Assembly: GCA_016748015.1 (NCBI GenBank) | Contig: JAAOMT010000219.1 | Span: 238,436-302,435, forward strand | DNA from: Geosiphon pyriformis uo1 | Lineage: Eukaryota > Fungi > Glomeromycota | Direction of reading: 5' to 3' | DNA length: 64,000 nt | Shown here: positions 14,272 through 29,400 of the stretch, in pieces | How the letters are laid out: every line of letters starts with the position of its first letter | Numbering within the stretch: the stretch's first letter is position 1 | The notes under the pieces: generated by a model | The model's input: the letters and a program-made list of their open reading frames with translations, nothing else | Told to the model about the DNA's origin: nothing | Database searches by the model: none | Made by a program: the position numbers and the translations under genes

Positions 14272-14491
14272 GATATCAATAGAATTAAAAGTTTTTGAAA
14301 AAGGGTGAATATAAAAATTGAAGTCGAACTCTTATATAATTTGCACATTATCAAGATTGAAAATTTGTGTAGCCAATCTTGGGAGAGATGAGATGTTGAG
14401 AAATATTCCGGATTTATACAAAAAATTGCGCAATCGCACATCCGCTTAAAGATCATGGGCATAATCTGAGTACAGTAGAAGATCGAAGGGA

Positions 14492-14497
14492 ACGCGT
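14492..14497. promoter_or_regulatory. ACGCGT (MluI/MCB-type G1/S element) in the SAM2-PCNA divergent promoter
   Basis: Exact ACGCGT about 110 bp upstream of the PCNA ATG; PCNA is a classic MCB target in yeasts. Confidence 0.45.
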
Positions 14498-14596
14498 CCT
14501 TAACAATTTTTTTTAATTAACCCGAGATTTCTAAGGCTTTAACTTACTGCCCCCACTAAGTTTTCAAAAACGAGTCAAGCGTGTATAAGCTTCTAA

Positions 14597-15637
<1,041 letters not shown>

Positions 15638-15846
15638 AAAAGTACTTTGTACTATCCAGTTTAATTATAAAGGCATCAACCTGATGACCTAATCTTAATA
15701 TTGGTACATAATAAAAGGTAGAAGGAGCTAATAGCACCCATAATCAGTATTTGTTGGAAAAACTTTTGTAAACTAAAAGTACTATATTAATAAATGCCCA
15801 ACTATTTAAAGGGAAGTTCAATTTCTTTGTTTTTCTTTCAAAAGCT

Positions 15847-18559
15847 TCAATTTTCGTGTATATAGGGATATACCTATAATTTTGAATACCCGATTAACCT
15901 TGGATTAATGTGAAAGACTTAATCAAAAGTGAAGTAAATTCTATACCTTAAAATTCCCAAAAAGTAGATTCCCGTCCTCCGCATAGTGAAAAAGTTCAAA
16001 ACAAGGGCGACAATAATAAAAAGGTGTTTCCCCAGCTAAAACATCGTCCAGCGTGACCAAACTAGAAAGAACAAGGTTCGATTTATTTAATATTCATCCT
16101 TGAAAATAAATAAAAGCATTGCATCAATTCCGATTACTGACTCCGCTGGACGTTGAGAGCACATGCGACATTTATTGCGTTGGATCCGATTGCGGAATAT
16201 AGCCCTCGGGTATTTCTTCAGGTCCAGCCAATCATAGCCAAGTTGAAGTAGTCTAAAAATAAATTGAAATTCTGCCAGAAAGGCCTTGAAAAGAGTAGAT
16301 TAATACTTTTAAAAAGCCTATTTGACTTACCGAAGATCTCGAAATATTACTGCGTGTTGACAGTCACCTTGATGACAAAAAATATATGGTTTGTTCAATT
16401 GAATAGTAAGCTCAAGGAATGTCGTCTGGTCCATTACTTTGCTCTCATACTGGGCTAATCTGGCATGAGAAACGCGATCATTCTCGTTGGCCCAATTTAT
16501 AATTATCCTATAAGTTACTCAATAATTGAGGGTCTGAAAACTTGAAGAACTTTAAAATTAATAAATTGCAATAACATATACATTACTTGCTATAATCTAA
16601 AGCGGCCGGATGCCTTTTATCATTATAAAAAGTATTTTCTATAAAGAAATAACTGGATGACAGTTTTTTGGTTGTAGTGTTTAAGTTCGTTATCGGGTTG
16701 TCCAGCTCGGCGACATCATAAGTTTGAAAATCTTGTTTGCAGTAGAATGCATCTCTTAATTCTCCCAAGGTCTGATTTCCTAATACCAAAAACTCTTGCA
16801 TACGATGGGCTGGTTTATGCTGATCATAGAACGCGACAGAGAGAACGACCATAGGTTGTTCAATAGGTGTAGCTGTTTCTTCCTCCAACTTGGGCTGGTT
16901 TTATAAAAAACTTTCATTGAATTAAGCAGAAGGGAATAATAAGGTGGAGTTTATGATAACTATTATATACCAGTTCTGCCGCTACGTAATTCATTTCTTG
17001 CCGTTTCTTGGCTGGCGCGTTAACACGGTTGACTTGCCTGGAAGAAATGAGGGTAAGTAACTATTAATTAGTGAGAAAATATGCGCATTTTTTAACTTAT
17101 TTACTTTAGGCTGGCTAAGCATGAATTATCCAACTTTTTCGCCATCTCCCAAAATCGCTTATGCATCGCCGAAGGTTCAGGCTCTCTCTCGGATTCTTCT
17201 TCAGGAGATTGGGGGGAGCTCCTATGCGAAGCTACTGTTTCACATGGGGATGATGGGCAAGATAAAGATTCATACGAATGTAATTCAAGTGGCGAGGAAG
17301 GACCGGATGGCATCGAGCTGACTGAGGTAGATGTTCTATGTAATCCACCTCTAATAAAAGATTCTGAAACATTATCTAAATTTGAATCGTTGGGATCTAA
17401 TGTTAATGGAGTCGGCTGAGAGGTTGAGCTCGAATCGGAAGGTAAAGGCGTGAATGTTGCGGAATTTTTCGAATTAAAATTCTCGTCTGGTGAATTATCT
17501 CGAGAACTAATGCGTGAATCAAACCAAGCGTGATAAAGGTAACCAAGCGATTGGTATCAAAAAAGCTTTCACTAAAAGCAGCAAGAAAGAACCTTTCCAC
17601 TGCCAATTCTGCACGCCTTATTTTTGGGCAATCTTGATCAATTGAGATGGTGGAATCACCGTTTATGGATGTATCCCCATTGACAATAGTAGTTGTGGCA
17701 TAGGAGCATAAATTAATATCATTGTAACTAGCAGTATCTTGGTTTTTTGATTTCTCTTTTGATGTTAAATTTTCTTCTAATCTTACTCTTTTAGAGCTTT
17801 CATTGGAAGTGATTGTGGCCGATAATTCCAGAGGCATTTCATCCTCGTAATCACCCGAGCGATATTTACGAAGGAGAGAAAAAATAGTTGGATCGGCAAA
17901 GAATTGATGGGAAATTTTGAAAACCTCCTCAACACTAAAATAAAAATCCACAAATGATCTCAAAATAATGATCAAATTCTTGAGCAGAAATGAAATCGTG
18001 AGCATCTTCAATAGAATCAAATATACCTGCAGTTTTTAGCAATCCTTTCCTCTTCTTCAGGAGACAAAAAATTGGTTTCAATATCTTGCGCCCACATATT
18101 ATCCTCTTGGGCAGTCTTTTGAATAAAAGAATCTAAGAATTCACGAACATTTATTAACGGGGAGGGATCCCCTGGCACAAGGTACCAGTACTTTTGGTGA
18201 GAGGCTGAAGGCCTGGGTTTTGGAGGAGATTGCACGTAGGGAGGGGGTTTAATGAAACTTCGTAGACGAGGAATGGCATTCCTCACAAGATCTGAATTAA
18301 AATATTCTTCTAAGTGATCCAAGGAGAGCTCGTATGAATCCAAGTAATCTGGGTCGGTTATGGCATTGTCATCACTTGACCAACTAAGTTCCCTTGTTAA
18401 ATCGGGTGCGTCCCCAGTCAACGAGCCTTGATCCATTGTTGGGTCGCCTTCGTTTTCGGGATTAGGTTCCAATACTGGTTCATTTGCATTCGAAGCACTA
18501 GGACCACTTGTTGCCTCATTTATGTTGAGCCCTTGTGCATTTAACATACTAGGTTCCAT
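15847..18559 (-). CDS. SNAPC3: snRNA-activating protein complex subunit 3 (SNAPC3/SNAP50), multi-exon
   Basis: QEFLVLGNQTLGELRDAFYC, SSYFFIENTFYND, HQGDCQH, CRMC...YCRPCFELFHY...VYPY zinc-binding region; long divergent N-terminus, so internal exon limits are approximate. Confidence 0.85.
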
Positions 18560-19221
18560 TTTAATGAGGTTTCTACTCAACTTTTATTTTTCAATGTATT
18601 TTGTTTTTAAAAATACATATTAACTTGAAATATTTTCAAAATATATTTTTCGCATTTTGATTAATTAATGATTATATCATTTTTGTAAATAAATATTTTT
18701 AAGAAACAAAATAATTTCGCATTTCAATGTCAAAAATTTAGAATCAGAGAATATTTCATACTTTTTATTATATTATATCCCCACTTCAAAAACTAGTAAA
18801 AAAAAAAACTCAACATGATCAACGTTTTTATATGGAGGTGGTAAAATTAGATATATTACATTTAAGGATTGTTTTGAAAATGGTAATTTAACCCTTCTAT
18901 GAAGTTTTGTTGGTAATTATGAATAATTTCTAAAAAGGAAAGATTTTGTTATCCAGAAAATTTGCATTATTTATACGATAACAAATTAAATAAGGATATT
19001 TCACGAATTACTCTGAAGGATAAATAATAAAACGTGCGAGATAAAAGTAGCCGGGTTAAGTTTTTGGCATCCAAAGTCTGTCGAGGATTTTTGAAGGTGG
19101 GTATGAAGCATTGCGCTTTTACGTGAAATACAAGGGATAAATTAGATCATAACTATAAGTCGGGAATAAAATCCTTAAAAGAATGAAATTAGCTCATTTC
19201 AGCTATTCCGCATTGTAGCTT

Positions 19222-20135
19222 TTATACTACACGTTTCACCTCGAAGAACCTCTTGAGATAAAACACCTGCCAGAAACAAACAGAGACTAAAACAATAAAC
19301 TGAAACAAAGACCACCATTTTACACGATCATTAGTACTTTCCGCGGCTAATAAAGTAATGAATATGTAGTGTAAGCGCTCTGAAAATTTTATGAAATCAG
19401 TTAGAAAATCAAAAATAAATCTACTAACTGTCGCGATGTACACGTTCTCGGATCACTATATACTCTTGTTCGTCACGGATCGCCGCTAAACCGTCGGCCA
19501 ATTCACGAATCTCTTTCTCTAGCGGGTCAGTATGTGCTAATAATGAAAACAAAGATCAAGTAAAATGATAGATTTAATGAGTTGGGATTGTTTAATTTCT
19601 AATTCTAATTTTTTCCAGGCTTATTTCTTACCCACTAAATTTAAACGAAATACAAGGCCAGTCATCCCTTAATACTCACATCCATCATCCACAGAATAAA
19701 CCACACCATGAACGTTAAAACTAATAATTTTCTCAGTAACAGTGGAAAACTGATTACTAAAGCAATAGGTATATCGTCCCTCAAGCTCGGCCTGCAAACT
19801 ATAGGTGCCAGTCGACTGACGAGCAGCAGTCTCCAAAACATGATCGGCAGGATCTGTTATCTATTTATTGAACGATATAGCCCAAGCTCATAGGTTATTT
19901 AGGGCAGCTGAATCGCTTCCATCCTTAAAAAAGTTTAAATATTAGATTCTCTTGCCCAAAAATCAATGTCCATGTTCCCCCCGTCTCCCACTTGGAACGT
20001 AATAGTAATTTTGTCATCTTTGTGAAGCTCCTCAAAGAAGCACTCTTTTCCATAGGGCACCAAATTGATTGTGTGAGCCACTGCCACGCATATGAAAGTC
20101 AAAAGAGCATAAAATGGTAATAGTAAAGGCCGCAT
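19222..20135 (-). CDS. EMP24: p24/emp24 (TMED2-like) ER-Golgi cargo receptor
   Basis: Signal peptide, GOLD domain (ECFFE, YTYCFSN), [14 protein letters not shown] segment and RFFEVKRVV tail. Confidence 0.95.
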
Positions 20136-20330
20136 GGTATGGTCAGAATGAAATTTAGAGAGTGAAATATTAAATTTTAACTTCTGTCTTTCTATCTCTA
20201 CCAATCAAAATATGCCGTACACGTGCATTTTCGTGTGATTTGTTAAATAATAATATGACGTTTAAGTATCCCGATATAGTGTGCCCGTAACAGCTCCTCG
20301 ACTCTCGACAACTCTAAGGTGTCGACAAAG

Positions 20331-23300
20331 ATGGAGCTTTTGGGCCATAAATTTCTGACATGCTACATAATTTATTATTACAAATTCAATATAGTATTGT
20401 TCTTGCTATTTTCAACAATACCCCTTTCAAATTGCATGAATGAGACGAGGCTTTTGGAGTTGAGGTATTGTTATTAATAACTGCATTTTTAACCTTGGCA
20501 GTTTTGAACCATAAATAAAAGTTAACTTTTGCAAACCAAAAGACAAACCCTCTACACTTTCCTTTCGTTATAATACTTGTTAGGTGGGCAGCTAAGGTAT
20601 ATTACCGAACTTTTTATTTAGAAGTAAATAAAAAGAAAATCACCTGGATGCGATAATTTAAATGATGGAACACTTTGTCACGTCTACCTATTTAGGAAAT
20701 GTTTTATCATGGTTTCGATAATTATATGAAATATGCTTTTCCGAAAGACGAGGTGATTTTATTCATTGAAATAACGAACGATCTGTAAAATGATTTACTA
20801 TAACGCAAACTAAATTCTTATTTTCTTTTTTTGTTTCAGTTAAACCCGATCCAGTGTGACGGTCGAGGAAGTGATAAGAAAAATCCGCAAGTATCCATTT
20901 TCTTTATCGGAGGCTCTATAATAAAGTGAATTTATGATGAATTAAAGGTCTCCCTCTTCTGATGAAATATTTGAAGATTTTGACCAATCCGGAATCATAA
21001 TTTCTGAGCATATCTCTTAGTTCAACTTGAATTTTATGATTTTATTCCATAAACTCAACTGATATTTTTTGATTTGATAAACTTAGCAACAATATAGAAA
21101 TAAATGATGTCTTGGGTGATTATTCCTTGACCCTAGTTGATTCCTTAGACACTTTTGTGGTATATTTACGATTAAGTTATTTTCTTTAATCCCCCTATCA
21201 ATATAATCAAGAAATAACAACTTTCTGCTGCAATGACCGTTTTATATGTTCCCCTAGGTTTTGCGTGACAAAGAAAAGTTTGAAAAGGCAGTACGTCAAG
21301 TTATTGATTACGTCTCTTTCAATGTTGATAGTAAAGTACAGGTGTTTGAATCAAATATTCGTGGGTTAGGAGGTTTGGTAATGCAGATCCTATTTCTATT
21401 ATCTAATAATTTAGCCACTTTATATAAAGCTGATTGTTTTTGTGGACAATAGTTGTCGGCGCATTTATTCGCCACGGATTCCCGGTTTGGTTTCACCATA
21501 GACTGGTACAAAAATGAATTACTAGAGCTAGCCCTTGATTTGGGTGAACGATTACTGATCGCCTTTCAAAATTCAAAGACTGGCCTCCCATTTCCAAGGG
21601 TGAGATATTATTAAACATTTAAAATAAATTTCCAAACATTCAGGCTAATAAAATTTTTGGTATTCCTAGGTAAATTTAAAGTATGGTATTCCGCGGAGCG
21701 AGACACACGAAACATGCACAGCTGGAGCTGGTACATTAATTTTAGAATTTGGAGTCCTTAGTCGGCTAACTAACGACTCGCGTTTTGAGGTGAACCTATG
21801 TTTCAATAATTGGTGTTTAGAAATTAACGTGTAATAACCCATTTCGTATCGAAGAACGCCGCCCGAGGTTCACTGTTTGGTTTATGGAATCGAAGAACCG
21901 ACTTAGATCTCGTGGGGAACGTCATTGATATACAAACTGGCCATTGGATTCATACTGCATCAAGCACAGGCGCCGGAATCGATTCTTTCTTTGAGTACCT
22001 GCTTAAGGCATATGTGCTTTTTGGAGAGTCTGAATATCTTGAAGTATTTAAACAGGCCTATTCTGCAATCTTACGGCATATACGTGACGAAAGTGGTTAC
22101 CTCTATCGAAATGTAAACATTTTCAATGGGGGTATTATGTCGTTTTGGGTTGATAGCCTATCAGCCTATTTTCCCGGATTACAGGTAATCATTGAAAAAA
22201 AGCGACCAAGTTTAATATTTAATTTTCCTATTTTTATCACACTCGGTCTTAATTACTATCTCACATACTCTCAGGTATTAGCTGGTGATTTGGAAAGTGC
22301 GATTAAATCACATTTTCTATATTATAATATCTGGCGGAAGTATCACGCGCTTCCTGAACGATTCAATTACCAGTTGAAAAACGTTGAAATCGGATCTTAT
22401 CCTTTGCGTCCGGAATTTATAGAATCAACATATTTTCTTTACAGAGTATGTGTTTTTTGTATTTTAATTTCGATTTTCCTGTAACCCACCTAAATTCACA
22501 TTTCCCGAAAGGCAACGCGTGATCCTTTTTATCTTCAAGTGGGAGAAATGGTGCTTCAAGACCTAGAAAAATACACTCGTGTTAAATGCGGATACGCTAG
22601 TATCCGGAACGTTCTCACAAAAGCAGTTGATGAGCGGATGGAGAGCTTTGCCTTGAGCGAGACCTTCAAATATTTGTATTTGCTCTTTGACACAAGTAAA
22701 TCTTCAAAAACGGGGGTGGTTTTATTTGAAATAACTCAGTTCACAAAAATCCATAATTTATTTTTAGATAATCCTTTCAATAAACTTGACGATAATTTTG
22801 TTTTTACGACAGGTATTTATTTTAATAAACACAAGTTTTGTGTAACTATAACCTACTAAAGTCCCATTATTCTCAAATAGAGGCCCATATCTTTCCGTTA
22901 TCTCATGAATATTTGAAACCACCATCAGTATCTCGTCGCAAATCACAAGTAATCGATAATTCAGTGTGTCAGGTTTATGAACCCCGTAAAAATCTTGTTA
23001 ATTCCGTGTCAGCTCGTCCAGATGCTGATTTTGCCAAAGAATTGGTGGGATATGAGGAATACACAATTCCGCTGTTGGATCCCCATGGTTTTTGTGAGGT
23101 ACCACAAACAGATCCGCCTGTAATGGAAATCAATTTTGGGGAGCCGCTTCCTGAAAAATACCGCTCATTACAGATTACAAAAGTCCTTGATAGATTAATT
23201 GTGAATAACCTTCAAGGGTTGAAGTTAGAATTGACCAAATTGGGAGATCGGAAAGGTTACCAAGCAACCAAGGGTATGTAAAATTATAGTGGATCAATTT

Positions 23301-24210
23301 TTGCCTATTGAGCTTCTGTATGTCAATTCATTTGGTTTTTTGCTATTCACCAAATCAATTGGCTGACAGTGGACAATTATAGGTATGGTCCTTCTCACAG
23401 CTTCTTCTGATGAACCTCCTAACTTCATTTCGATGCTTTTATCGGGTCCAGACCTGCAAAACGCCTTCCCAACCGTATATAACTAATACTCTTTCAATTA
23501 TCACTCTGATTTTAAATATTATCAGAATATCTCCTGGACAAATTCTTGAGATTCGAGACCCAGCTGTCAAAGAATTTTGGATAAAGCAACAAACTTATAA
23601 TTTAATTATTTTAAGAGTACATGGCACTTGTAAAGATGATTATAAAGAATATCTGGCTGCTGCTGCGACTTTTGGACCAAAGGTAATGAAAGAGCTGCCC
23701 ATATCGAAACTTGCTCAGATAATTTCATCTCCTTTTGGCTGTAACGATTTTTCAGCTGCCGAGCAAGAAATAATTCATGATCAAATTATTATGCTGAAAC
23801 GTGGCGGGTGCACGTTTGTTGAAAAAGTTATACATGCCCAAAAAGCGGGCGTAAGAGCCGTCATTATTGTCAGTGATGAAAATTATTTATTTCAACCCGC
23901 ACCGCCTTCGGAAAATGATGCTGCAATGGTTCAAATTCCTTGTGCGTTGATAACACAAGAATCTGGAATGGAACTGGAACGACGTTTATCACTTATAACT
24001 ATTGAGGAAACGCAAAGAGGACAATTAAATAGCAATGGCTCGTATCGAACTCATATTGTTCCCGCTATACATGCCAGTTTATTACCGGAACGAGTTGAGG
24101 TGCCGACCTTGATCATAAATGAAGGTGAAAAAGACGTACGATTGACTATTAACGGCCATGTTATACATAATATCCGGCTAAACGTGGAAGGAAATGAGAG
24201 TCAAGTATGA
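20331..24210 (+). CDS. MNL1: EDEM/Mnl1-type GH47 alpha-1,2-mannosidase-like ERAD protein with C-terminal PA domain
   Basis: Signal peptide; [65 protein letters not shown]; PA domain '[18 protein letters not shown]'; many introns. Confidence 0.93.
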
Positions 24211-24327
24211 AATTCGAATGACATTGTACAAAGCTTTCTGCTTCGAGATTTATAGAGTTATCCTTATAGTATATTCTTAGATTTAATTAATGGCTTAGAT
24301 TATTTTAATAAAAAAAAGTGCCACAGT

Positions 24328-25098
24328 TCAAAATTGTAGCATAGAATATAAAGGAGCATTCAAAACGGCGCTTCCTTTCAAATCGCTCAACTCGATAATA
24401 AATAAATATTTCAATAATCTACCACTAGCTTGTTGAACAAGACTACCAGTTGCAGCAGCGCTTCCACCTGTTAAAGAGAAGAGAAACGTTGCATGAGCAT
24501 ATCATGTAACAATTTCAAATCACAGATAACGCTGAACAAAATAAATATCGTACCAGTCGCGATCAGATCGTCGACCACAATCACATTTTGTCCAGGCTTA
24601 ATCGAATTTTTCTGAATTTCGAAAATATCCTTTAAAAATTGCCAATCATTGTATAATTATGTGTGGGAATTTGATTGAATAAAATATTAGTCAATGAATC
24701 CAAACACATTACCATGCCATACTCTTTAACGTACTCGGCTCGTAACACTTCACCGGGTAATTTTCCATGTTTACGCACAGGAACGAACGCCGCCCCCAGC
24801 CGTAACGCGATCAATGGTCCAAACAAGAATCCACGCGCATCGAGACCTGAATTACAGAAAGGGAAAGGGTCAATGATCTCATAATTCTTGTTATTAGGGT
24901 TTTCCAAACGTACTCACCGACCACCACATCAACTTTCTCACTTATCTGCGATGTTACATGATATACTAAATGGGTGATCAACGCTTCCACGGCTATCGGA
25001 TCCTGAAAAATTGATAGGATGTCTTGGAAAATGATACCAGGTTTCGGAAAATTGGGGGTGGCCTGTATAAAGCTACGGATACGCTGTATGTCGGCCAT
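24328..25098 (-). CDS. APT1: Adenine phosphoribosyltransferase
   Basis: [46 protein letters not shown]-binding motif. Confidence 0.97.
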
Positions 25099-25487
25099 TT
25101 TTAAGTTAAACTCACAAATTTAGGCCTGAAAATTTAAATTTGAAATGAACCTATTATAATATAAGAAGCATATCCACCAATCAAAGTGTCAAGGATTTTG
25201 GAGATGCTTTCTGAAAACATATCTTACGATTTATGATGATTAAAAATAAGTAATTGAATCCCCTTTCAATACAAAGGTAAAACTTCAAAAGTATATCAGC
25301 ACATTTAGGGAATTATACATAATGTCAATGTATAAAATAGTTGCCAGCTATATCCTTTATTTTAATGATAAATTGAATTCAGATTTTATTCTGTTTAGAG
25401 GGTTCCATGAAGTATGATAATTAAGATGTTCTCACCCTCCTCACTCTAATGAATATTGCGGCTTAAAAAGTTACCTATCTTGTTGAA

Positions 25488-27731
25488 TTAGAGGTCATCA
25501 TCACTGTCATTTAAAGGAGGCATGACCGAGTTAACTATTAAAAGGCATTCTAAAACTTGACATTGAAGATCGGTCAAACGTTTGCCAGCCAACTGTATTT
25601 TTTGAGCATCCTTGATTTCCTCACAATAACCTCGGGACGGTTGAGAAGGATCGAATGGAGGGAAAGGTGGTGCCATACTTATCATTTCAGTGGGGAGTGG
25701 TGAGGGCAGAGAGTGATCCTTAATAGAAGTTAATGTAGGTGATCTGGGACGTTTTTGACCACGGGCTTGCAATTCTGACTCTAGTTCATTGCGCGAACTT
25801 GTTTCTTCCAGAGGAAAAGTTTCTGGATTTTTCGCTAGTAGACGTATTTCTACCTCATTTCTCAGTAAAAAGCCAATATGAGCTTCCTTAAAAACTGCGA
25901 AACGCCCCTCAATCATCCATCCGGTGGAATTTGATAAAAGATTTCTAAGCGAATCATATCCGAAGTGACGAAAGTTTGGTAAGCTGCCATATAAATGCTG
26001 GTAAAGAAGACCGAGTTCATCTACAGGAATGCGAGTGGGAGGTACAGTAATATACCAAAGTTGAGCAAGAAGGATCTCTATAGAAAAAGCACGACAGCGA
26101 CGACGTGTGGATTGCTCAATACGCCTTCGAAGAATATCATCGTCGATTGGTCTATGGTTTTTTACATGAATCCAATTCATGCTGCCACTTCCAATTTGCA
26201 CAACTGCAAATGTTTCTACCCAATTATCAATCAAAAATTCATGTAATTTTAAACCCCGGGCAAGAACATTATCGCTTGTAAGATCTCTCCAGTCTAATTT
26301 GCGTCCATGAACTCTCTTATATTCGCATCTCAATTGTGCAGGTAAATAATAGAATGCATTATCGACTGAATGTAATGAAAGAGATCAGTAATAATCGAAA
26401 AAAAAACGACAGCTGGAGGTTCAAAATGACCGCAGACTCCAGGAGAAAAGTTGGCAGAGCTGATTAAAAGATATATACGAGAGTCAACGTGACTTACATA
26501 ACTCGAGGATTTCTTCACGCATAGTTTCATGTTGTTGGATACGTAACGCTATTGGTATTTTTGGAGACGATGATTGCGGCTCCAAGACTCTATTATCCTC
26601 CAGAGAAACTTCTTCCTGTTCGTGGAAAGCAATGTATCCAGTTCTGGCTGGTAGAGGCAACATAGGCTCAGTTGATGTCGATTTTTCGGGCGGTAAAACA
26701 CGTGGTGCAGACCTTAGTCTCTCTCTAACAATATATTGATAATTTTCAATGACAGGTTCATCTAATAATTTTTCTTTCGATAATATCGTCAAATAAAATT
26801 GTCCAACATCTAATCCATCAGAATCAATCTCATTCAATAGCGCCCTAATGGCCATATTAACATTTGGAATTTTTACATTTTCTCCCATAAAGATTTCTGG
26901 TAGAATTTTCTTCGGATCCAAGCTGTCATAAACACTATCGTACAATTCCCTTAAAAGATCAATACTCAATCGAGAATTATCCGGAACTAATGTCCTTACT
27001 CGCATCTCAAAATTATCAGAAGAAGGAAAATTGTTTGTTTGTCCATGTAATTCATCCTGAAGTATGTGAGAATGCTCATCAAGTAATTTAATAAAATATT
27101 GTGAGGGTTCCCATTGATTCGAATGGCATGTTCGATCATATAAATCTTTATAATGTGGAAACTGCTTACGGTCCAAAAGCCCACGTAAAGATTCCGGCAT
27201 ATTTTTATGTAATAATTCTCCACGTGAATCTAGCCATTGTAATTCGGTTCCAAACATATTTTTGAAAATAAGTGGAACCTGATTCAGATTCATATAGACA
27301 ATGTTCAGTTTGTAAAATATCCACAAAGTTTTTTCCTCATCAGTCCATTTAGAACGAATAAATCCTGCTAATGAATCATGGGAGCCCATAATCCCCGTTT
27401 CCAATGATCCAGCTTGTTCTTTAGCATTATACGGATTGGCATTATCATCAACCACATTGCGGTTTCGACGTCGGCTACTTAAATGCCGGGTAGCTTCAGT
27501 AAGGGGAATAGCTGTAAGTTCATCTTCCTCAATCTTAACATTAGTCAGGGGTTCAGCGCAGCCAATCTCTTGGCTATTGCTGTTACAAAAACCTTTTTTT
27601 ATTTTTAAAGGTATATCTATTAGCTCTTCAACCTTGACCATTTTGTCTTTTGGATCTTGCTCATTGCATGTGTCCGAACTATACGGACTTATAAAAAGTT
27701 TAGAAACATCCGTATTTTTATTAGTTTCCAT
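25488..27731 (-). CDS. Two-exon ~703-aa protein with OST-HTH/LOTUS-like repeats
   Basis: ORFs 27731-26484 and 26333-25488 join in frame through a GTAAGT...CAG intron (26497-26366). 'IPVDELGLLYQHLYGSLPNFRHFGYDSLRNLLSN' matches the LOTUS pattern, and up to three weaker repeats are present. Confidence 0.7.
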
Positions 27732-27922
27732 ATCCTTCTTAGGTTTGAAAAGGTATAGAATCCTTGTAGTTGTTGGATACCGGTGTTATCTGATAATCTC
27801 TCTTCATTGACTATGATAACGAGGACCTCACGACTATAAGTAATAATACACATTTATTTTTAACATTTTCTTTTTTTATTATATTAATATTCTCAATGAG
27901 ATAGATTTGTTTTAATAATTCT

Positions 27923-29094
27923 ATGTCGTCGTTGTTGTTGTTAACTACCGCGGCTTATTTTTTGGCCGCTTTCGCCTTTTTTACTTTCATTTTTTATTTT
28001 TATTTTCTCTATTTTGTTATTAAAAACGATGGATTAAAAAGTATTATACGAGATAGAAGAATTTTATTGTTGGTAGCCCACCCAGACGATGAGTGTATGT
28101 TTTTTGCCCCTACTTTATTGTCTTTAAAGGAAAAAAATGATGTTATGGTCTTGTGTCTATCATCTGGTAAGTTGCCCGTTTTCCTTTCTTTTAACTTATT
28201 CTCTAATTCCTTGTTTTTTAATTTTTGAATCATCACCCTATAAACCTGAACAGGCAACGAAAAAGGCCTCGGAGAAGTTCGACGAAAAGAACTCGTGAAA
28301 AGTTGTCAAGTGTTGGGAATAGACGAATTTCTAGTCGATGTTGAAGAACACCCGTTAGTTTTATTTTCCTGGCCTTTAACATATAAGTCAAATGTTTTTG
28401 TTTCTCATACCAGTGCTCTATATCAAAGCTCCTTACAAGATAACCCATCAGAAATTTGGAATTCCGATGTAATTTTCAATATCTTGAAAGAGTACATTGA
28501 AAAAAACTCCATTGACACGGTATTTAATACGTAATTTATCAGAATAATTTTATGTCCACTTACTAATCCTTTAAAATTTCCACGTATTTTGCAAAAGATT
28601 ATTACTTTTGATGACCGAGGTATTTCTGGCCACCTAAACCATATTTCTGCCTTCAATGGAGCAAAGTAACTGTCTTCATCCAATTAAACTTTTATTTATT
28701 AAATGAGCTCTTGATAACTTATTTTTTGTTATATTTATTATTATTATTTAGGAAATTCATGGAATTTTACAGTAAAACCACTTCAGATATTCATATTTAT
28801 GTGCTCAAAACTGTTAATATCATTCGAAAGTATATATCGCTATTTGACCTTCCTTGGACTTATTACAAACATCATTATTCGTTACACCTGGTGCATCAAA
28901 ATCTTCGAAACCACGCCTCAGGAAATCGAAATAAAGAATGGAAAAGTAAATATTTATTGTTTGTCTCCTCCCCCGATTCGGTGAACCAAGCTCGCACCGC
29001 CATGAAATGTCACAAAAGTCAACTAGTCTGGTTTCGGTATTTGTACGTCTTTTTCTCACGATATATGCTCATTAACGAATTGGAAAAAATATAA
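27923..29094 (+). CDS. GPI12: N-acetylglucosaminyl-PI de-N-acetylase (PIG-L)
   Basis: N-terminal TM, AHPDDECMFF, TFDDRGISGHLNH, HKSQLVWFRYLY. Confidence 0.96.
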
Positions 29095-29400
29095 TACAGC
29101 GATTAGGTTTATTTAACTAGTTTTAAGACTTCTGTAGATTTATTAGATACATATTGTAAATAAATAAAAGCAATTTTTGGAAACAGAAGACACCAATTTG
29201 AGGCATTCATCGTGGAATCCGACTTTTTGTCACTTCTCGTACAAAATTATTTTTAATTTGAGTGAAAAAATCTTAGTCGTTAACTGGATGAAAAAATCCC
29301 TCCTTTTTTTTACCTGAACGACTTGAAAAGCTGAGAGTTCAAGCCAACCAATTCCTCCAATCAACATAATATTCCTTAGAATAATCATTTATAATTTCAT

